From the NCBI GenBank assembly GCA_963843845.1, contig CAWJMB010000002.1, positions 1,120,001-1,184,000 on the forward strand: a stretch of 64,000 bases of DNA, written 5' to 3'. Positions 57,686 to 64,000 of this stretch are shown one piece after another; positions within the stretch are counted from its first letter, which is position 1; the number at the start of each line of letters is the position of its first letter. Under the pieces are notes generated by a model. It did no database searches. It saw only the letters and a list, made by a program, of their open reading frames with translations, and was not told where the DNA came from. Position numbers and translations under genes: made by a program. This DNA comes from an uncultured Gemmatimonadaceae bacterium (GTDB lineage Bacteria > Gemmatimonadota > Gemmatimonadetes > Gemmatimonadales > Gemmatimonadaceae).

Positions 57686-58321
57686 GCGATCGACGACGGG
57701 CAGACGCGCGGAGAGCGGGCAGATCTCGCAGCGCGGCCGGCGCGCGTCGCAGACGCGGCGGCCGTGAAAGATCATGAGGTGCGAGAGCATCGCCCATCGC
57801 TCGCGCGGAAAGAGCGCCATGAGCGTCCGCTCGACTCGCACCGGATCGTCGCTCTCGGCGAGCCCGAGCCGGTTGGCGACGCGCAGCACGTGCGTGTCGA
57901 CCGTGATCCCCTCGTTCTTCCCGAACGCGTTGCCGAGGACGACGTTCGCCGTCTTGCGGCCGACGCCGGGGAGCACGACGAGCGCCCGCATCGTGTCCGG
58001 CACCTCGCCGCCGTGCCGCTCGACGAGCGCGCGTGCCATCGCGATGAGGTTCTTCGCCTTGGTGCGGAAGAAGCCCGTCGTGCGCACCGTCTCCTCGACG
58101 TCCTCCTGTCGGGCCGCGGCGAGCGCGAACGCGTCGGGGTACGCGGCGAACAGCGCGGGCGTCACCATGTTGACGCGCGTGTCGGTGCACTGCGCGCTCA
58201 GGATCGTCGCGCCCAACAGCGTGAACGCGTTCGTGAACTCGAGCTCGCACGTCGCGTCCGGATACGTCGCCTCGAGGATCGCGTAGATCTGCGCCGGCTC
58301 GGCGTGGGCGCGCGGATGCAT
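57682..58321 (-). CDS. nth: Endonuclease III (frameshift near 57705, before the last Cys)
   Basis: Motifs ILSAQCTD, LPGVGRKTANVVL, VDTHV and C-x6-C-x2-C. The fourth Cys lies in the shifted frame (CPSSIA*). Confidence 0.93.
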
Positions 58322-58350
58322 TCGCGCAATGTACCGCGCGCCGGCTCGTG

Positions 58351-59286
58351 TCAGCGGGCGGTCGCGGAGGCGAGAAAGGGCAGCACGGCCGCCCAGAGCG
58401 CGTCCGGCCGCTCGACGTACGGCACGTGGCCGCTGCCATCGATGACGACGAGCCGGGCCTGCGGCATCGCGTCCGCGGCGGCCTCGCTCGACGCGAGCGG
58501 GATCGGGTCCTCGCGTCCGTGCACGACGAGCGTCGGGACATCGATGCGGCCCAACGATCCGGTGAGGTCGTAGTCGCCGAGCGACTCCCAGACCGACTGC
58601 TGTACGCGGCCGGTGACGCGGAACGGCGTGAGGTCGCGCGACGCGGCGGGGTCGGCGAAGTAGCCGGCGACGCTCAGCTCGAAGCTGCGCTGGCGGTACG
58701 CCTCCGGGTCGCGCTCGCGGAGCCCCGACGCGGCGAGCTCGGCGCGCATCGACTGCACGGCGGCGCCCTGCTGCCGGCGCGCGAAGTCGTGCTCGAAGGC
58801 GGCGCGGTGCGCGCGCGAGATCGGCGCCGGGTCGATGAACGTGAGCGACGCCGGGGCGCGCGGCGGCGAGTGCCCCGTGAAGGTGCCTAACGGCGCGCCG
58901 ACGACGGCGTTCGGCGCGGTGCCCGCCGCGTCGAGCGCATACAGCAGCGCGAGCAGCCCGCCCCACGAGTAGCCGACGAGATGCAACGGCCCCGGCGCCA
59001 GCTCGTCGGCGACCCGTGCGAGGTCATCGACCTGCGTGCGCCACGTGATGGTCGCGAGGTCGTCGCGCTTCGAGCGCCCGCCGCCGCGCTGGTCGTAGGT
59101 CAGGACGTCGTGCTCGTCGGCCAGGCGCAGCATCTGCGGCAGCAGATAGTCGTGGTGCGCGCCGGGCCCGCCGTGCAGCAGCACGACTCGATGTCCGCTC
59201 GGCGGTCCCCACGCGGCCCAGTACAGCGGGACCTCGGTCGTCGTGGTGAGACCGGACTCGCGCGGCGCGGGGATTGGTAGCGGCAT
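58351..59286 (-). CDS. Alpha/beta hydrolase (proline iminopeptidase-like)
   Basis: Motifs LHGGPG, YDQRGGGRS, GYSWGG, HGREDP and SGHVP. Confidence 0.88.
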   Translation of the reverse strand: MPLPIPAPRESGLTTTTEVPLYWAAWGPPSGHRVVLLHGGPGAHHDYLLPQMLRLADEHDVLTYDQRGGGRSKRDDLATITWRTQVDDLARVADELAPGPLHLVGYSWGGLLALLYALDAAGTAPNAVVGAPLGTFTGHSPPRAPASLTFIDPAPISRAHRAAFEHDFARRQQGAAVQSMRAELAASGLRERDPEAYRQRSFELSVAGYFADPAASRDLTPFRVTGRVQQSVWESLGDYDLTGSLGRIDVPTLVVHGREDPIPLASSEAAADAMPQARLVVIDGSGHVPYVERPDALWAAVLPFLASATAR

Positions 59287-59318
59287 GAGCTGTTCACGAG
59301 GAGAGGAGGGCCGGTCGC

Positions 59319-60218
59319 CTACACGAACTGCGCCGCGACGCGGACGGTATTCACGTGGACGGCGACCGTGTCGTGCACGTCGCGTCCGTAGCCGCCGGCG
59401 ATCGTCAGGCACACGGGGAGCCCGACGTCGCGACACGCTTCCAGGACCATGGAATCGCGGCGCATGAGCCCCGCGAAGGTGAGCTTCAATCTGCCGAGCC
59501 GGTCGCCCTCGTGCGGGTCGGCGCCGGCGAGGTAGACGACGAGGTCGGGGGCGGCGTCGCGCAGCACGCGCGGGAGGTGGGTGCCCAACAGCTCCAGGTA
59601 CGCGTCGTCGCCGGTCCCGTCGTCGAGCTCGACGTCGAGGGTGCCGGAGACCTTGTGGAAGGGGAAGTTCTTCGCCCCGTGCATGCTGAACGTGTACACG
59701 CTCGCGTCGCCCGCGAAGCAGCCGTGCGTGCCGTTGCCCTGATGCACGTCGAGGTCGACGACGCAGGCGCGGCGCAGGTGCCCGGCGCGCTGCAGGCGAC
59801 GGATCGCGACGGCGACGTCGTTGAACGTGCAGAACCCTTCGCCGTGGTCGGGGAACGCGTGGTGGGTGCCGCCGGCGAGGTTCATCGCCACGCCGTGCAC
59901 GAGCGCCGCCTCCGCCGCCTCGCACGTGCCGCGCACGACGCGGTACGCGCGCTCCACGAACCGCTCGCTCCACGGCAGACCGATGCGCCGCTGCTCCGCC
60001 GCCGTCAGCGTGCCGAGCGTCACCGCGTCGACGTAGCGCGGCGTGTGGACGAGCAGCAGCTCCTCACGCGCCGCGCGCCCCGGGTCGTGCAACCGCTCCG
60101 GGGCGATCAACCCCGCGGCGAGGACGGCGTCGCGCAGCAGGGCGTACTTCGGCATCGGGAAGCGATGCCCGTCGGGAAGGGGGATGGCGTACGCGGCGCT
60201 CGACCAGAGGTGGAGCAC
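59319..60218 (-). CDS. Histone deacetylase family protein (Zn-dependent)
   Basis: Motifs HRFPMPKY, GGTHHA, GFCTFND, DLDVHQGNG, GADPH.GD and GGY. Confidence 0.93.
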   Translation of the reverse strand: MLHLWSSAAYAIPLPDGHRFPMPKYALLRDAVLAAGLIAPERLHDPGRAAREELLLVHTPRYVDAVTLGTLTAAEQRRIGLPWSERFVERAYRVVRGTCEAAEAALVHGVAMNLAGGTHHAFPDHGEGFCTFNDVAVAIRRLQRAGHLRRACVVDLDVHQGNGTHGCFAGDASVYTFSMHGAKNFPFHKVSGTLDVELDDGTGDDAYLELLGTHLPRVLRDAAPDLVVYLAGADPHEGDRLGRLKLTFAGLMRRDSMVLEACRDVGLPVCLTIAGGYGRDVHDTVAVHVNTVRVAAQFV

Positions 60219-60229
60219 GGGGGAAGCGC

Positions 60230-60281
60230 CGGGGATCGGGATCGGGTGGCTACCGAAGCCCGATCCCCGGTCCCCGATCCG
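60230..60281. repeat. GGGATC-type short-repeat palindrome related to the element at 7813-7896
   Basis: CGGGGATCGGGATCGGG...CCCGATCCCCGGTCCCCGATCC. Confidence 0.55.
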
Positions 60282-61228
60282 CGGCTTCCGCCGCGCGCGC
60301 GACGTACCGCAGCCCCGCCACCAGCAGCAGTGCCGCAGCGAAGAACGCGACGACCGACGGCCAGAAGATCGACGGCGTGCGCGACCACGTCGCGAGCGTC
60401 CCCTCGGAGACGTCGGGGCCTGCGCTGCCGCCGATCAGGAGCGTGCCGTTGTAGACGGCGTGCAGCAGCACGCCCGGCCAGATGGAGCGTGTGCTCCACG
60501 CCGCGTAGCCGGCGGCGAGGCCGAACACGAGCCGGATCGGGAAGCCGAACAGCTGCCCGTGCACGGCGGCGAACAGCGTCGCCGAGAGGAGGATCGCGGC
60601 GAACGGCGCGAGGCGCAGCTCGAGGCGGCGCTGCAGCCAGCCGCGGAAGAGGAACTCCTCGAGCAGGGGCGCGACGAACGAGGCGAGTGCGACGACGGCG
60701 AACAGGCCGAACGGAAGCGTCAGGTAGCGCTGCAGCGGGTCGTCCGTGTCCGGCGGGACGGGGACGAAGCGCGGCATGATGATGAGCGACGTGACCACGC
60801 ACACCAGCAGCGGCACGGCGACGAGCGGCAGCCGCGGCGTCACGCCGCGCGGGATCGGGCGCAGGCGGAACGTGTCGCGTCGGTACGCTCGCCTGCGGCC
60901 CGCCGCGCCAGACGAAGCGCCAGAGAAAGGCGAGCCCGACGCCGATCGCCCATACGGTGCCGAGCAGCGGCGGAAGCAACGGGCGATACGTCGCGGCGCT
61001 CAGGTCGAGCCCGCGCGGCAGGAGCGGCACGGTCTGGACGACGCTCCAGCACAGCAGCGCGCCGATCGCGCGACCGAGGCCCGGACGCGACGCCGACTCG
61101 TCGGCCGTGTCGGTCACCGGCGGACGCGCCGGGTCGCCAGGGTCGCCCGGATCGCCCGGCCCGCCGGTCCCGGCGCGCGGTGCATCACCTGACGGCATCC
61201 GCTCCGGCATGACGATGAAGTCGAGCAT
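60250..61228 (-). CDS. CPBP (CAAX/Abi) intramembrane glutamic endopeptidase (frameshift near 60870)
   Basis: Motifs APLLEEFLFRG, FAAVH and SIWPGVLLHAVYN. Confidence 0.85.
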
Positions 61229-61254
61229 GCCACCGCGCTCCGGCGTCGGCGCAC

Positions 61255-62619
61255 TCACTCGCCGCGCCGGGTCAGCGTGACGGTGAGCGTGACCCGCTCC
61301 GGCGTCGTCGCGCCGGACGCGGTGCGCATCACGACGACGGCAACGACGTCGCCCGGTCTGTGCGCGTTCAGCGCGTCGGTGTACGTGTACAGGTCGGTGA
61401 TCTTCGCGCCCCCGAACTCGACGACGACGTCGCCGGCCTTGAGCGCCGCCGCGGTCGGCCGGGCTGCCCGGCGTGACGCCGCTCAGCCGCAGTCCGCTCC
61501 CCGCGTCGGCGCCCATGTCGGGGATGCTGCCGAAATACGGGCGCGGGCCGGCCGTCGGGTCGCCCGCCATGCGCTGCGTCGGCGGGGGCGCGCGTGGAAC
61601 GTGAGCCGCGTCGGGCGGTCGGCCGATGCGGCGCGCGACGGCGAGCGCGAGGTCGACGACCCGCGCCTCCCCGGCAGCGTCGATCTTGTCGACGTCGTCG
61701 GTGGCCGCGTGGTAGTCGGGGTGCACGTCGGTGAAGAAGTGCAGCACCGGGACATCCTTCAGATAGAAGGGCGCGTGGTCCGACGGCCCGACTCCGTCGC
61801 CTGACGTCTTCACGCCGAGCGCCGGGGCCGGCGCGCCGACCGTGTTCGACGAGTCGACGATCCCCGGCAGCTCGCTCGCGGTCGCGACGCCGTAGACGAT
61901 GACGCGGTCGTTCGTGAGGCGCCCGACCATGTCGAAGTTCGAGCATCGCGACGACGCTGTCGAGCGGCACGGGCGGATGGTCGACGAACCACTGCGAGCC
62001 GAGCGTACCTTCTTCCTCGCCGCTGAACGCGACGACGACGACGGAGCGGGCGAGCGGGCGCGCCGCGATGAGCCGCGCCATCTCGAGGATCGCGGCGGTC
62101 CCCGACGCGTTGTCGTCGGCGCCGTTGTGGATCGCGCGTCCGGCGCCCGCATCGGTGGCGAGCATCGAGCCCATCCCGAGATGATCGTAGTGCGCGCCCA
62201 ACACGACGTACTGCCCGCGGAGCTTCGGGTCGCGCCCCGGGATCATCGCGACGACGTTGCGCGTCTCGACCTGCGACGGCAGCCCGGCGTGTGTCACCCC
62301 GGGTCCGCGCGCCGTGAACGGCTGCTCGTAGCCCCCGCCGAGCGGACGGAGGCCGAGTGCGCGCACGCGCCGCACGAGGTAGGCAGCGGCCGAGTCGTTT
62401 CCGGGTGTTCCCGTGAGTCGCCCCTCGAGTCGGTCGGACGCGAGATACGCGACGTCGGCACGGATCGGGCCGTCGGCACTGCTCGGCGCGCTCGGCGCGA
62501 TCGGCGCGCGTCGGCGCGGCGCGTGAGGCCGCCGAACGCTGAGCGCCCGCCGTCAGCGGAAGAAGGCACAGGCCGGTCGCGGCGAGCGCGCGGCGAACAG
62601 AGAGCGTCAGCACAGGCAT
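61255..62619 (-). CDS. M28 aminopeptidase with C-terminal PDZ domain (several frameshifts)
   Basis: Motifs [39 protein letters not shown] and [18 protein letters not shown]. Confidence 0.88.
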
Positions 62620-62750
62620 ACGGAAGAGCGCGAGGCGCGCAGCGTTGCGCGGCGGTGGGATGTGCGTCGTCAAGTTAACGAACGGTCCGACCTCGAAGAT
62701 GTCGCGGCGTCCGATTCAGCCGCCGCCGCCGCCCTCCGATACTCGATCGC

Positions 62751-64000
62751 ATGGAGCCTCAACTCACCATCGCTCGTCAGCTCGCACGCCTCGTCTTCCT
62801 GCTCCGCGACACCGGCAGCACGATGGACGACGTGCGCGAGACGCTGCGCGCCCTGACGACGCTGTTGCGCGAGAGCGCGCTCACCTGCGCCGTCGCCGAC
62901 TGGAAGTTGACGGTCGACGGTCGGCCCGTCCCCTCGGCGCCGAGCAACTACGAGGAGCTCGTGCGCCAGCTCGAGGCGCACGGCATCGCGCAGCTCACCG
63001 TGCGCCGCTTCGCGACGGCGGCCGAACTCATCAAGCTCGTTCGGCTGCTCGCCGAGGCGCCGACGGCGGAGCCGCCGCTGCGCGAACGGATGGCGGCGCT
63101 GAAGGTGTGGAACGTCGACGTCACGCTGAAGGGCGAGGAGGTCGCCACGGCGACGCCGGCCCCCGCACCGACCGCGCAACACATCGAGCTGTCGCACCAC
63201 CTGGCGCGCGTGCGGCAGGCGAAGGTTCCGCTCGACGCGACGATGGCGCTCGACGAGTTGGGGACGCGCGCCCAGGACGCGGCGGCGGCCGGCGACGGCG
63301 AGACGGTGACGGAGATCCTGTTGGGCATCTCGCGCGCGGCAGACGTCGTCGCGGACGATGCGGTGCGCGCCGCCTGCCTCGCGTCGCTCGCGCGGCTGGC
63401 GACGCCGGCGATGCTCCGGCTCGTCGCGGAGCGGCTGCCGGCGCGCGCGGCGCCGGGGCGCCACCAGGAGTACGTCGATCTGCGCGACGCGATCGGCCGC
63501 TGCGGCGAGTCGGGCGGCGCGGCGCTCATCGCGCACCTCATGGCGGCGGGCTCGTTCGACGAACGGCGCGTGTTCTACAACGCGATCGTCGAGCTGCGGA
63601 CCGGCGTCCCGATGCTCATCGAAGCGCTCGGACACCCGCAGTGGTATGTCGTGCGCAACGCCGCGAACCTGTTGGGCGAGATGCGCGAGACGCGCGCCGA
63701 CGTGGCCCTCGCGCGGCTGCTCGAACATCGCGACGAGCGCGTGCGCGAGGCGGCGGCGACGGCGCTGCTGCGGCTCGACACGCCCACGGCACGCGCCGCG
63801 CTGCCGCGCATGATCCAGGACCGCTCGCCGAACGTGCGACTGCACGCGGCGACGGCGTTCGCCTCCGCCCCCACGCGAACGGCGACGCCGCTCTCGTCCG
63901 CGCTCGACGTCGAGGCGGACGGCGACGTGCAGATCGGGATCATCCAGGCGTTAGGCCGACTCGGGACCCCCGACGCGGTGCAGAAGCTGTTGAAGGCCGC
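62751..64000 (+). CDS. HEAT-repeat protein (runs off the window end and is absent from the ORF track)
   Basis: Open frame from MEPQLTIARQ with HEAT repeats WYVVRNAANLLGEM, LLEHRDERVREAAATAL and DRSPNVRLHAA. Confidence 0.85.
   Translation, partial: MEPQLTIARQLARLVFLLRDTGSTMDDVRETLRALTTLLRESALTCAVADWKLTVDGRPVPSAPSNYEELVRQLEAHGIAQLTVRRFATAAELIKLVRLLAEAPTAEPPLRERMAALKVWNVDVTLKGEEVATATPAPAPTAQHIELSHHLARVRQAKVPLDATMALDELGTRAQDAAAAGDGETVTEILLGISRAADVVADDAVRAACLASLARLATPAMLRLVAERLPARAAPGRHQEYVDLRDAIGRCGESGGAALIAHLMAAGSFDERRVFYNAIVELRTGVPMLIEALGHPQWYVVRNAANLLGEMRETRADVALARLLEHRDERVREAAATALLRLDTPTARAALPRMIQDRSPNVRLHAATAFASAPTRTATPLSSALDVEADGDVQIGIIQALGRLGTPDAVQKLLKA

Noticed and set aside
56975..58966. 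Apparent endonuclease III-GT9 fusion in one long ORF
   Set aside because: The fourth Fe-S cysteine and a stop (CPSSIA*, ATGA-overlapping the GT9 start) appear in the neighbouring frame. A single indel near 57705 explains the fusion.

Overview
This is a very GC-rich (about 70% or more, by eye) core-genome window. The gene content and protein style suggest a Gram-negative bacterium, probably Gemmatimonadota (inference). It has about 55 CDSs, mostly housekeeping: otsB, a phasin/histone-like protein, two ECF sigma/anti-sigma loci, lpdA, hsp20, sucB, gyrA, a REC-GAF-GGDEF cyclase, dacB, an SBP+MCP pair, a caa3-type oxidase operon, a truncated pheA, a cNMP-domain/aspartase fusion, leuS, an M14 peptidase, kup plus a beta-barrel, a TetR-TolC-EmrA-EmrB efflux operon, two GT9s, nth, an HDAC, M28 and CPBP proteases and a HEAT-repeat protein. 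At least a dozen genes, including coxA, coxB, nth and kup, carry small frameshifts that look like long-read indel errors rather than decay. I found no rRNA, tRNA, CRISPR array, transposase, integrase or recognisable defence system. The most unusual signals are at DNA level. (1) The octamer CGTTAGGC is over-represented and accounts for almost every TTA codon I found. (2) A dispersed ~52-bp repeat forms one arm of a nested 112-bp hairpin. (3) There are repeat-built palindromes in intergenic DNA. (4) Many genes have a -10 box 6-8 nt before the start codon, a leaderless architecture. The best protein-level lead is the cNMP-domain aspartase, which is coupled to a GT2 and followed by an atypical prephenate dehydratase.
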